A stretch of DNA of 64,000 nt, from NCBI GenBank assembly GCA_012295275.1, contig CM022673.1:3224001-3288000 (forward strand). Reading direction: 5' to 3'. Below, one piece after another: positions 51,083 through 64,000 of this stretch. The stretch comes from Chrysomallon squamiferum (Eukaryota > Animalia > Mollusca). Under the pieces are notes generated by a model. It did no database searches. It had not been told where the DNA came from and saw nothing but the letters and a program-made list of their open reading frames with translations. Each line of letters begins with the position of its first letter. Within the stretch, counting starts at the first letter, position 1. A program made the translations under genes and the position numbers.

Positions 51083-52090
51083 ATGCATGCTCTGGTTTCT
51101 CTGGTACACTACTAGCCTGGATGAAATGATACCTACTGATAGGTATCAGACTGTGTGTGTGCTAATGGTGAACTCTCTACGCCTGTGTATAAGGAGTACA
51201 GCGTGCCCTCGGATGTGTTCTAGGCCAGAAGAACTAAGTCATGTACAGCAAACCACCTGACAATATCATCAAGAGACCATCAACTAGAACACCATTTCTA
51301 AGCTGACACGCAGTTATACCTGGCATTAAAACCAAGATACGACGTCATTCAACTTGATGCACTAGCCTGTGTATCACAAGCTGACTCAAAGACATGGAGA
51401 CCTGGATGCATTGCAACATGCTGAAGCTGAATGCTGACAAGACCTAAGTGATGATTTTCTATTCTAAGCATAACCCAAACGACGCTGACACCATATCAGT
51501 TACTGTGTGTGGTGCCTCCATAACTTTTGTACCGTGTGTGAGAAATATTGGTGTTGGATGCAGTACAAGCTGCTGATCAATACACACACTGTAGTCCCGC
51601 AGAGTATATCAAGGAACTGTACAGACGAAGCAGGACTCTACGATCTCGGAACTCTCTAAGATTAGTAACACCAAGAATAAAAACCAACTACATATGGCCA
51701 GAGATATTTCTGTTATGCTGTACCGACTTTGTGAAACTCACCCCCAAGTAACACCAGGGAGGCTGAAACAACGACTACATTCAAAACACTACTAAAGACG
51801 CATTTCTTTGAAAAGCACTTTGTTAATGTCGAGAGATGTGTTTTATATTTCCAGTTTTAAAATGTTCAAGCTAGTCTATTAATTATGATGTACAAATTTT
51901 GAATATGGCTCATTTATTTTGACCATTATTTTACCATGTTCACTATTATGTTTACATTTATTTTAATATGTTTATGTCCATGTGTTTTTATATTTTAGTT
52001 TATTAGTTTACACTGTAAAGCACCATTAAACTTACCTAATATGGAAAAAGTGCTATATAAATATGGTAAAATAATAATAATAATAATAAT
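51083..52090 (+). mobile_element. Decayed, 5'-truncated and internally deleted L2/CR1-clade LINE
   Basis: Frameshifted RT motifs: SGTLLAWMK-YL-DRYQTV, VP-G-VLGP, HHF*ADTQLYLAL (degenerate YADD at about 51290-51320), WMHCNMLKLNADKT, VRNIGV, then RTLRS...TFKTLLKTHFF. The 3' end gtaaagcacc...gtgctatataaat is followed by a (TAA)n tail. Confidence 0.85.
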
Positions 52091-53118
52091 ATGCTTATTG
52101 ACATTTAACAATGTCACGAACATTTTGGCATTGATGCCTTCTCTGTTAATTTTATATACATATATATCCACATTAACAAATTAGGCTTCTGCGCAAAATT
52201 TCAGTATGTTAGAGATTTCGACTTCCAGTTAAAGTCTTAAACTCCAAGTACATTTGCATTCACAAATAAACACCCACACATCTATGCAGAAAACTTCATA
52301 GAATTATCCATTCGCATGTCACTCAAACACGACATAAGAAAAGGGCTGAGAATGAAACCACACTGCAACTGCATATTTCCAATGTCGCAGTTCCGTTCAA
52401 ACTGTAACCACTGACTTTGATGACTTCTGGGCTAAGGGGAAAAATATGATTTAATTTATGACAGACAAATATATTTTATTGACGTCTCGCCTAGTTTATA
52501 ACTATATTACAAGAAATTATTGTGCATACAATGTGTGTCTGTGTATGATTGTATTTGTGTACGTATGTATGCATGTTTGTCTGTATGTGTTTGTATATAT
52601 ACATATAGTAAAAACACATATATAGATAAATGGATGAAAAAGTAATTCTTACGAAATAATAATAAAGGTCAGTCTTCATAAAGTTATGAAATAAAAAAAA
52701 AACATACAGATATATAACTCAGTTTTTTATATGAACAAGTCTATGTTTACGTTCTTATCTTTGAACATTCAATCATTATATACTTGGAAGCCTCATATTA
52801 TATAAAACAGTACTCTACATGTTTTTCTTAACATACAAGTTTCCAGTCTGCATCACGTGACTGCAAACTTGGTGAAGAAAGCTAAGTAATCTAATTGTTG
52901 AACAAATCGAAGTTGTTTTGGTAATGATTAGTATATAGGGGACATAACTGGATGTAATGGGATGAAAATTGTTGTGATTATGTTGGATGTAAAACTAAAT
53001 GATAGATCTGAAGTGTGAACAATTGAAAATATAAATCAAATATGTTTACATAAAAACCAGCAAACTAAAGCAGAAACAATAACGTCAAAACAAAGTTAAA
53101 AAAGAAGAAGGAAAAGTG

Positions 53119-53121
<3 letters not shown>

Positions 53122-53216
<95 letters not shown>
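53122..53216. repeat. (AG)n microsatellite
   Basis: Seen directly. Confidence 0.95.
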
Positions 53217-53217
<1 letters not shown>

Positions 53218-56200
53218 ACAAGTTAGTATAATAGTCTGGTAAGAATCTTTTTATCAGAACTGTTGCATTTGGCGCCAAGTAAAACTCAGTCAGCTGCCAT
53301 TAAACAGACTTTCACTGTCTCCTCTGCTCAGAAGTCCTCAAAGTCGACGGTTACAGTTTGAACTCAACTTCGATATTGGAAATATGCAACTGATGTGTGT
53401 TGTCATTATTAACCCTTTTCTTATATCGTGTCTGGATGACACGCGAATCGATAAATCAATTACTTACAAACCAGGGCAGATCGTTAAAACCTTCCAAGTA
53501 ACCCGCGCTCTCTTGAAAGCGCTAGATATATCCAGCGTAAATTGAGTTCACGCATCTATCTGCGATCACGATTGATCATGTTTCTGCCCTAGATAGCAGT
53601 CATCTGCAGTTCTTTTATATGCATACGTAAAACAAAGATTCTGATATGCATTTCATTATCTGCAATCATAATGTCTGTCACTGTTTTATTACCTATACTC
53701 TGATAACAACAAACGATTTTTCTCGTTCTATTCTTTGTATTTGAAAGCATCGAAGCGGAATTCTTCTCTGGCAGCTTGCATTTGATTAAGAAATCTATAG
53801 CTTGATCATTTGGCCGTTGATGATGTCTTTGCTAAAAGAATATTGTCTTTTATATCTTAGTTATTTTTGAGTTGCTGTATATTAGTATTGCGGGTAAAAT
53901 GAAATTCGAGGTAGATTGTGTTAAGTACAGACATAAGTACTCGCATCAAAGACAGTGTTACTCTGTCTTGACCGCCTTCACAAACATTCTTGGTTATTGT
54001 ACCTAACCACCTCGCTACATTCTGGATGAAGAACAGTAATCCTGTATTATTATGTTTCACACTGTTCTGTGAAAACACTTAAAACAGATTTGCTGGTGAA
54101 TAATTTTACATGAAACCACACGCATTTGTGTCTACCGGCTACGTAATATAAGTTGATTCTTCTAACACAAGACAACAGCTTTTAATACGAAGATATAGAA
54201 TCCAGTGGCTGTAAAAGAAAATTATTCTTGCCTTTGTTGGAACACTGGATTTTAAATTAAGACAACTGCTTCATGTTATCAAGTTGTTTTGAATCAGACT
54301 GTTCTTTCTTTGATCGGCAGAGCAGATGACATGTTAGAAAGACCAGAGTACTTGTTTCCTGTTCTCTCCAGAAAGACGTCTCCAGTTTGGCGAATAATAT
54401 TCGTGGAATTACTGGTCAGAGACGACTTTCACTACTGCGTGTCCGTTTCTTTCACGTACAGAATAACGTTATTAAATAATGATGAAACTGTCGAAAATAT
54501 GATTCTCACCAAGTTTAATATAACTGCGATTTGATTTGGTAAAAACAAACTCCATGAACATCACTTAAAATATAAAAGACAAAAAAAGAAAGAAAATGAA
54601 AGCCTGCAACAAACAAACCTGATATTGTTCATGATGTTTATTTATTTATTTATTATTTTAAAAAAAAAGTCTTTATGCTTAAAATAACATCAAATTAGAA
54701 CGTCTTATATTTATTCCAAAAAGATTATTTCATTTCATTTTATCATTAATTTATAGTTTCTGTATCAGACCACGTCTTCTGTGAATAATGCTGTAATTGT
54801 TTTCGTTTCTTTTCTCTTCTCTTTATTTATTTCTTCTAAGCTTTCTTCAAATTCTGCTTACAAGGGCTAAACTTCACTGTATTTTCTTTCTCTGAAAAAC
54901 TAACAATAATGACAAAAAAAAAAAAATATAATAAAAATCAATAATCCGGATTATTTCCCGTTATAACTCGTGCATAATAAAGTCAACATATCTGTTTTCC
55001 TAATCTTTTAATGTAATGGTTCATTTAAAATCTCCTTTGAAGTTGATCGAAAAGATTAGAACACAGAGTAACCGCAGCAAAACATCATCATTAAAAATTA
55101 TATAGCTGACACCATATAATCACTAATATTAAATTATTTTGATATTTAGTCAAGTAATCATTCATTCGCCCACTGACTCGTTTATTCATTCATCCATTGA
55201 TTATTTAAAAAGAATAATATAGCGTAGCACTACTGAGTTTCTTTTCACTTTTTTTAAACAGAGGCCCAGCCTTATCATGTATTTTAAAACGTTTGTTTTT
55301 CAGAACCTGTCATCTAACAACCACTCGTTTGCCAGTAAACATTGTTTTGCTTTCTGTGAAGCCACCGATTAAGAGATCGTCGTAAACGAGAGAGACATTT
55401 CCTAAGAAACCTATTTCCACATCTACATATTTAGCTCTCCTTGGTGCCTTAGGACAACGGTCGGGAATTAAAAAAAAAAAAAAAAAAAAAAAAAGAAAAG
55501 AATCTTGAAAATAAAACCTTTACGTTTCGCAGAATGCTAATTTCGTTGATGGAAATGTTGGCAGCTGTTGTTTTATCTGTTCCATTAGAGAGCGAAAATG
55601 AACAGTGATTCCGAGTCGAACACGACAAATGGAAATGGCCCGCAGACACACTTTTCACTCTCATCAAAAGCCGATCGTTTTGTGTAGCCCTCTGTGCAGA
55701 CAGAAGGTTTAATGTGAAAAGCAAGATGTATGCGTCTGTATTCCACAGATGTAGATAAAGACAAAAAGAGGATTCGTGGAGTTTCCTGGTAATTTAAGTT
55801 CAAAATTTAAGTAAACAAAAAAAAAAAAAAAAAAAAAAAAAATGTTAGATAATTTTGAAGTATGTTCGTATGAAAGCAGAACAAGAATAATAATTTTAAA
55901 AAAATCAATAAATGAATTTTTTTTTTAAAAATCAGACATTAACGTACATATAAACAACTGAAAATATTAAGTAACAAACAAATGAACAAAAAAACAAAAC
56001 AAGAAAAGAACACAACCCCACAAGCATTAACAAATACTAATTAAAAAAAATCCCATTAACAATGGAACTATTGTATTTCAGTCTTTCGTTTTGAGCTATA
56101 AGCTGTTTACTAAAACAGCAGTGATGAAAATATGACGACAACAACAACACAAAGAAAAACAAGAATAACACAAAATTTACTACTATTACTGATAACAATA

Positions 56201-58149
56201 ATAACGAAGGTGACGAGGACGCAAAACGACAACAATAACAACAACAACAACAGTAAAGATAACGACAACGACTGCGGTAACACAAATGAAAACGACAACA
56301 ACAGAAATAAGAAAAGGAGATGAAGAAGTGAATTAAAATGGAGTCTGATGCTGTAGCTGCTGCTGTTGCAGCACGAATGAGACACGAGACGTGTTGGAGA
56401 ATCTTGTGTGTCGTGCAGAGTTGTGAGTCAAACACTTGAAGGGTCCGGTAGCCTATCTAATTTACTCTGATATATTAACTCTGGCTATCCACCGAAATCT
56501 TGTAAGTGCTGGAATAACAGGATAAACATAGCTGTCTCTGCTGTGAAGTCTGACACAAATAGAAATAAGAGAACATCTGGGAATCCGTTACAGTCAGTGT
56601 TAAAATAGTCGTAGTAGTTTTGAGTGAAGAAAAACAAACATTAAAACAAATACAAAAAGCTCTGTGTGTAAAAAAGAGAGAGGTAGAGAGATAGAAGATC
56701 GATAAATAGACGGATTTATGGATGGACAGATCGGTGGATTAATATTAACAGATAAAGACAGAAATAAAATAAAAATAAAATAAAATAGAACAAAATAAAC
56801 AAACAAACAAATAAATAAAATTAGCAAAATGCACAGATTATCCATACATTGTTACATTTGTTTGGGTTGTAAATGTTAAACGTAATATTTTTCAAAGGTC
56901 TGGAATATGAATGGTAAGTACAGTCTGACAACAAACGAGTTATTTTCAAAATACAGCAGCAGACAACGTATTCCTCACGTGAAAAAAATAAAAAAATAAA
57001 TGAGAGTATGTTTTCTTCCTTTTTTCGCTTGTTTTTCATTTTATTTATTTGCGAAATTAGAAAGTAATCAGATTTCCTGGTCGGTAAAAAGTCAATTGTC
57101 TGCACGTAACCTACTTTGAAAAAATTATCTGGGTTAATTGTAATAAATTTTACATTTGCTGTCGTTCACGATATATTAGTAAGTGCTCTTGCACTAGTGC
57201 TTTTTACAATGACATTTTCCTATCATTTTATTCGGTATCATTCGGAAAATATACGGAAAATGACGATCCCATTTTTCTTCAAAAATCGGTTATTACTGTT
57301 TTAAATTTTTATATTTTGTTATCTTTCTTCTTCTTCTTCTTCTTCTTCTTAATATTATTATCATCTGCATCGTCATCGTTATCGTTGTTTTCTCTTTGTC
57401 ATTATTATAATTATTGTCATTGTGGCTAATTAATAAATTGTCAACACAGTTATTTTTAGGAGGACGTAGGCTTCTTGATTTTGCTTTTTCTTTATTAACA
57501 ATCCTGTGACGAGTGGTTAGTTATATTCGTTTTAATTATGTATTGGAATAATGTTTGATTTTCGGATTAGATATTTCAAAATTACCTTTCTTTTATCTTA
57601 ATTCTTTTCATTAATTCTTGGTTTTAGTATTATTATTGTTATTGTTGTTCTTGTTAGTGTTGTTGTTATTCTTATTGTTGTTGTTATTATTGGTGTTGCT
57701 GTTGTTGTTGTTGTTGTTGTTGTTGTTGCTGTTGTAGTTTTTGTTGAAGAACACTGTTGTATTGGTTTGACAACTATATTTATTTTGTTGTGACGATTAA
57801 AACTGATCTAATTTAATAACCTTTTTTTTTTCTTTTTAAATTGTTGCTGTTGTTCTTACTATTTAGTTCTAAAAGAAAATATCGAATTTAAAATTTCACG
57901 AAATTACGACCAAATGGAAACATTGAAGAAAAAAAAAAAAGACAAACAGAAAAAAAAAAAATCCTGACAACAAAAAATCCTAAAAATCCTAACAAAAACA
58001 AATCCTAACAACAAAATCCTAAAAAAAACATAAAAAAAAAACAGGAAAGGAAAAAATAAAAATAAATTGGGGAGAGACACACAGAGAAATAAAGATAGAT
58101 GGCTCAGGAGAAAGTGAGAGAAAAATACTTTGTGAGAGTGCGAATTAGA

Positions 58150-58153
<4 letters not shown>

Positions 58154-58245
<92 letters not shown>
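58154..58245. repeat. (AG)n microsatellite
   Basis: Seen directly. Confidence 0.95.
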
Positions 58246-58248
<3 letters not shown>

Positions 58249-59814
58249 TGTATAAGATTTTTGTTTGTTGATAGCATGGACAGTTTCAGAATTTAATTAA
58301 CAATCTTCTGGACTTTGTTTCTCCTTGACAGGTCGACGAATATTTAATTTTAAAATGTTATTTTGCTTCTAAATGCATTTGTCAAAGCACTGAAATTCCA
58401 CCACACTTGTTTAACTGTGGACGTAGAACTGAGTGCTAGAGACACAGATTTAATCCATTGATTCACTCCTCAGTTTTGTTGTTTGCTAATAAACACCGAT
58501 GTCCCGTTCACTGTCATTTGTCAGTTGGCCTCCCATGACGGGGGGAAGAAAGACTTTGTCGACTTAATATAATTATCTCAATACGGATTTTTGTTAAGGT
58601 CGAAGGAGTCACTGGATTACATTTTAGAGTCCAAAAACAGTGGACTTGCAAGAAAGAATATCATTTTGAGTTACAAACGCCCCAACTCCCCCAAAAAATG
58701 AAATAAGATTTGATCCTTTGAATTGTTGCAACTGAGAACGGTTCTTCTGATGTTCACTGTCAAAAGTATTCTTTTATTTTGCTCAAGGTTTTTCCAGTTC
58801 TTGTAAAATACAATATGAAAACACATATTCATTCCAGTACATTTCTCACTTATTTAGTTATGCCTGCATGTGTGGTTAAATGGCTTAGACGAAGAACCAC
58901 ACTGTACTACCAGTTTCTATCCAATAATAGTCTGCTGACACATCATTCTATTTCCCGATCCAAACAGTTCCCCGCCGGTTTTTAAAATTGTCTGATGAAT
59001 GTTTAATTGTAGACCGAAATGTGTATACAAACAGTTCTTAACCGTTAATGCATAGCAATAACACATAGAAAGACTCTTCTTAAATAATAACATTTAAACA
59101 CTTCTACGTTTTATTAAACTGATATTAGATTGTTTATTTCTAACTGTTGTTACGTCCATTGATCACTCTAATAATAATCTTGACTGCAGGGTTGGTAAAA
59201 CGCACAGGAAATTGAAATGACAGAGTATTATAAACATGAAAACAAATCTTCACAGTACGATTTTTTCCTAAAACTATTCACTAATTTGACTTCATGAAGA
59301 CAGAGTGAGATGTACCAGCTTTTCTACCCCAAACCCCTTTGTTGCAGTAATTTCATTTCAAAAACGTATATATGTATGTATCTTTATCTGTATTTATGTA
59401 GGTGCGTACGTGCATTTAAATATGCATGTATATATGTATGTATGTATGTATGTATTGTGTGTTTGTGTATGTGTTCGTGCTTGTTGTATGTATGTATTAA
59501 GGCAGCACAAGATGTATTTTTAAATATTAACTCAGGAATTTTTTTAAAACATATTATCCTTAACTGTTGTAAAATATCAGATATATTATTTTTTAATAAC
59601 TATAGCTCAAAAGTGGAAACTCGCTGCAGGAAAATCTATTCTTATTGATTAATTAAAAGTTATCTTTTATTTTCACCGGTTCACTGATAGGAAATCACTC
59701 ACCAAGTCGTTGATGATAAAGAATTGTCAGCACGGAACAGGAATAAGCTTAGGAAGAAAGATAGAATTGGAAATCTCGTTTTTTTTTATTTATTCTTTTA
59801 TTATTTTATTAATA

Positions 59815-59852
<38 letters not shown>

Positions 59853-60780
59853 AAAAAAAAAAAAAATGTTTTAGAAAAATAAGTGGAGAAGAAAGAACAA
59901 AAAATAATAATAATAAAAATAAAATGAAAAAAAAAAAAATATAATAAAAAAAAGATAGGAAAAAGAAAAACGAGAAAAAGAAATTCATAAAAAAGAAGAA
60001 GAGCAACATGTAGGCAAAAGAAAATTTAAAAGAAGGGGAAAAAAAAAAAAGGAATCAATTGTTCTTTTGAATAGATTTTTTCGATGTAATTATTGTGTTT
60101 CTTTTTCTTCAACATACCAATCAATAGAAGGAACTGAGACAAGTGTTGTTTTGAATAATAACGTTATTTATCACATTTGCAATGGAGATTTCCACTTGTC
60201 TCTTACAGCAATACGATTGCGTTCCGCGTCTGTGGCGATTCAGTGTGTTAATAGAAATAGCGAAAAAAAAAGATATAGTGTCTACGATATCTGTACAGAT
60301 ATTTACATCTGAAACAATATATTAAACAAACTCAATCTAAATCATTTACGTTTACAAGTTTCCTTAAATACATATATTTTACTTACAGGCTATGATGGAA
60401 ACACATAAAACGCACACACGCACGCACACACATCTTTGTCCTGCGGTGAGAGTATGTAATGGCAAGATATAATAAAAAAAAAAAAAAAAAAAAAAAAGCT
60501 TTATTGGTCAGAACTAATTTATTAAAATTATTCAGTTATTTCTTTATTTTCTATTGCTCGTTTAGATCGCAAAAGTCTATTCAGAAAACGGTTTTGATTT
60601 AAAAAAAATAATCGTTGTTATTTAAGAACCGTTATTTTGTTTTGGTGTGTAGGCGACAACGAAATTAACACGCGTGAATCTATTACGTTTGAGAGCCGTG
60701 GTTTGAGAGATGAAAAAAGAAAATTATTTAGCCTTTGTATTTTTTTGATTTGCAGGATACAAAGAAATAACTTGTTATTG

Positions 60781-60832
60781 TCTTACGATATCAGCTTTAT
60801 TCTTGGCAGCATAAAGCTGATATCTTAAGAGT
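60781..60832. ncRNA. Candidate pre-miRNA-like hairpin
   Basis: TCTTA-c-GATATCAGCTTTAT / 10-nt loop / ATAAAGCTGATATC-t-TAAGA: 19 of 20 positions paired, with a partial lower stem out to about 60767/60844. Confidence 0.3.
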
Positions 60833-61337
60833 GAAACTAGTTTTCCCCTCTAATTAATTATATATATATATAGCAACAGTAGCAATATATGAGCGGTAGA
60901 AGTAGGAAAAAAGTAAGAGTAGAAATCACTGATCAGTGTTTTCAAGCCACTGTACGATATAATAAACCATTATAATTATGATTATAGATAATTTAAACCG
61001 TTTTGCGGTATGTCGGTATGTGACAAAATTTTCAAAGTTATTATTTTCCTAATGCATTATACATAATTACAAAGAGCAAAAAAGTGCATTTTAAAATGAC
61101 AGCAAGATCACTGACACGAAAAAAAGTTACGAATTTTTATCGGAATAAAATTTACGGGTACTTTTCCTTCATAATCTTCCGAGAAACTAATTCGTTTCTG
61201 TCATTTTGCAGCAGCACAAACACCGATTAACTTATATAGTTTTAATCCACTATACATGTAATACGTGGCAAGTTGCTAATACTCATGAATTTTAATTAAT
61301 TAATTAACCGAATTAATTACATGAAATTTACCGTACG

Positions 61338-61411
61338 CCAATGTTCGTCGACATCGGCCTGAGCCAATCAGAAAGCGCTGTTGACGTCACGTGACCTGAA
61401 CTGACGCGTCA
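61338..61411. promoter_or_regulatory. CCAAT + CRE + E-box (CLEAR-type) cis-regulatory module
   Basis: CCAAT at 61338-61342 and AGCCAATCAG at about 61362-61371; TGACGTCA at 61382-61389 overlapping GTCACGTGAC at 61386-61395; palindrome TGACGCGTCA at 61402-61411; (TAAT)n array just upstream. Confidence 0.55.
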
Positions 61412-63402
61412 TTGTCAATCCTCTGAAGCGCGGGCTTTGCACATGCAGTTTTTCGCAATCATAGAATCAACATTAGCAATAATAAAATTTGTTGAAATTA
61501 AGCAAAACAATAGGTAATTAGCAGGTCCTTAAGGAGTACATATTTTGATTGATATTTCCAGTGATCGATGTTTTTTGCTGACATTTCCAGAAAGATTTCT
61601 TTCATCAAAAATGCGATAAACCTCTTCTTGATCAATAGTCAAAAACCGAAAGAGAGGCTGTAGAAAGGTATGTATACTACATCATCAACCTAAGTTTAAA
61701 AAAAAGAAGAAGAAGATATTCCAGATGGCCCGACAGAAAGGAATTTTCGAAGACCGAACTTTATTGATGCTGGGCACTCTGGCGAGTTCGAAATAGGTTA
61801 TTTGCACAAACCTACTTTATGTCGTAGGTCTATTTTAATGTTATTTCCATGTGAAGATTTCAGTCGTTTTAGTAAACCATATAAAAGCTTTGTTAAATCG
61901 TTTTCACATGAGATATTCTTTTCACTTGACAACCCCCCGGATATTCTGGAGTTTTGTATTAAAATTTAATGCGGTGAAACTACAGCGGGTTTAATTTTTA
62001 AACTTAATGATCAGTTTGCGAGGTAATCAAACCAACTTTCGCACTAAGTGACGCCATTAACGTTGAGAGTAAACAACACCGATACTGCTTGGACGTAGTT
62101 TGAAAACTGCCTCGAGGCCGGCTAGAGTTAAACGTGAAAGCAATTTCAGAAAGACCTGGGTGATTTACTCTTTAAAGTTGACGTTGAACACGACAGAATT
62201 CTGGCATTTTGCTGTTCTTGTTGTTGTTTTTTTTGTCGAACCCAGTCTTTGAAAACAAGCACTAGAACGTCTTTGAACTGAGAGCTTATTTTCTTTGTTG
62301 TAACAGAGCTTTACATGCGTTAATTAATCAGACTTGGATTCTTGTTTTAAAAAAACTGTTTAACGAGAGAGGTTTGTAAATTTCATTAGTAATGATCAAA
62401 GTAGCGAGAAACACTCAAAGACAGCAGGAAAATAATATGTCAAGAGGCAAGTGAAAAGCAAAACAAAACAATATGACAGTTATTACAGAAAAGCAAATGT
62501 ACAGACAGATAAGCAGATAGATAATAATTACATAGATCTACGCGTAAGTTAAACAGAGGTATGGGAATACCAAAATATATTGATGGTCGTAACTTATTTA
62601 GATAGGCAGATATACAGAGAGGCAAATGGATAGATAGTTATATAGATAGATAGATAGATAGATAGATAACGAGGTCTACAAACATAGGATCATACAGACA
62701 TACAAAGAAGGTCTCGTGAACAGACGTATATATGTAGAAAAAGACGCACACTCGTATCTCAAATTGGTCAGGCAATAGAAAAATAGACAGACAAATAAAC
62801 TGACAGATAAATAGATGGAAGGTGGAACTGAAAACAGAGAAAGAGAGAAAGTAAAAAAGAGAGAGAGAGAGAGATACAACCACAGAGAAAAGTTTAGCAT
62901 CAGACTGTCACAATACACGTAACATTATTTTAAATAAATTACTGTTGAGTCATTTATCACTTAACTACAGCCCAGTGCCAAGACAAACGAAACAGAATTA
63001 TTACTTAAAAGACTGACTTAGTGTATTGAAAACAAACAAACAAACAAACAAACAAACAAAAATACTCTTCTAAAAGTTCTCTTATCATTAAATTAAAGAA
63101 GTATTTTAACATGCAGAATGGTTGCTTATAAGCTGAGAACTGAAAGATCAAAGAGTCCACTTTCCAAGATAGCATCTATTTTTTCCTTTCAGTCGTTGAA
63201 ACGCCATGTTAGGAACGTATCTCAGAACTGAAGTATTTACCCGCTTGCTTGTGTAAACGTACTGATATTTGGGTGTATGAGATAAAGTAATAAGAAAAAT
63301 TAAGAAAAAAAATTAAGAAATTTAAAAACGATTTAACAATATGCAAAGATCTAGATTTAAAAAAAAAAAAAAAAAAAAATGTAAAATATCTAAAAAAATA
63401 AC

Positions 63403-63548
63403 TTAACAATATGCAGAAATCTAGAAATGATTTAACAGTTGCAGAAATCTAAGAATGATTTAACAATATGGAGAAATATAAAAATGATTGAATAATATGC
63501 AGAAATCTAAGGATGGTTTTAGAAATTGTAGAAACCTAAAAATGATTT
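63403..63548. repeat. 29-30 bp degenerate minisatellite, about 5 copies
   Basis: Unit approximately TTAACAATATGCAGAAATCTAGAAATGAT. Confidence 0.75.
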
Positions 63549-64000
63549 CTGGGGTAGATTGCTTAAATCGAATGATTTTTAAAAATAATTTTTGACAGAA
63601 TAATTAAACCAAACGATGTAACAAAATTAACTTTTTTGTAAATAGAAAACGCTTGATAATTATCAAATAACATTATTTTTGAAAGATTTACAAAAATAAA
63701 TTTTAGGTTACATAACCTCAAAGAAAGCTGATATTATACGATAATAAATGAATAAATAAAGGAATGAATCAATGAATGAATAACTAAGCGAATAAATAAA
63801 TAAATAAATAAGAAATAAATAAAAAAGAATGATACTATACGAAAATAAATGAATAAATAAACGAAAGAATGAAAGAATAACTAAATAACTAAGTAAATAA
63901 ATACATAAGTAAGAAATAAAAAACAAAAATTAAATAAAAAATAATAATGAAAAATACCAGAAAAAATGACAAAAAACAACTAAAAAAAATAGTGAAAATC

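Overview
AT-rich, microsatellite-rich animal genomic DNA, probably a lophotrochozoan such as a mollusc (inferred, not provable here). There are two protein-coding genes, both on the minus strand. (1) A complete SF3B1 (U2 snRNP SF3b155) gene has 21 coding exons from ATG 16717 to TAA 1824, about 1357 aa, with all introns GT-AG and in phase. Intron 4 is unusually long (3.5 kb against 0.2-0.75 kb for the others). It holds candidate stop-containing poison exons at the position of the known vertebrate short isoform, and a hairpin covers the likely exon-5 branch point. (2) An unrecognised 297-aa secreted prohormone (CDS 27177-26284) has a signal peptide and 11 KR sites. These would release about 8-9 non-amidated 23-30 aa peptides with consensus xFG-x(3-6)-FG-x(5-6)-LQ[KS]WxxW[LMW]x. 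A probable non-coding first exon with a TATA promoter lies 16 kb upstream (about 43555-43660). I cannot assign this precursor to a known neuropeptide family, and it is the best candidate for an undescribed signalling system. The rest is non-coding: a decayed L2/CR1-type LINE, two short TIR elements with target-site duplications, mini- and microsatellites, a miRNA-like hairpin with a miR-79/miR-9-3p-type seed (60781-60832), and a CCAAT/CRE/E-box module at about 61340-61410. All analysis was by eye; no database searches were run.
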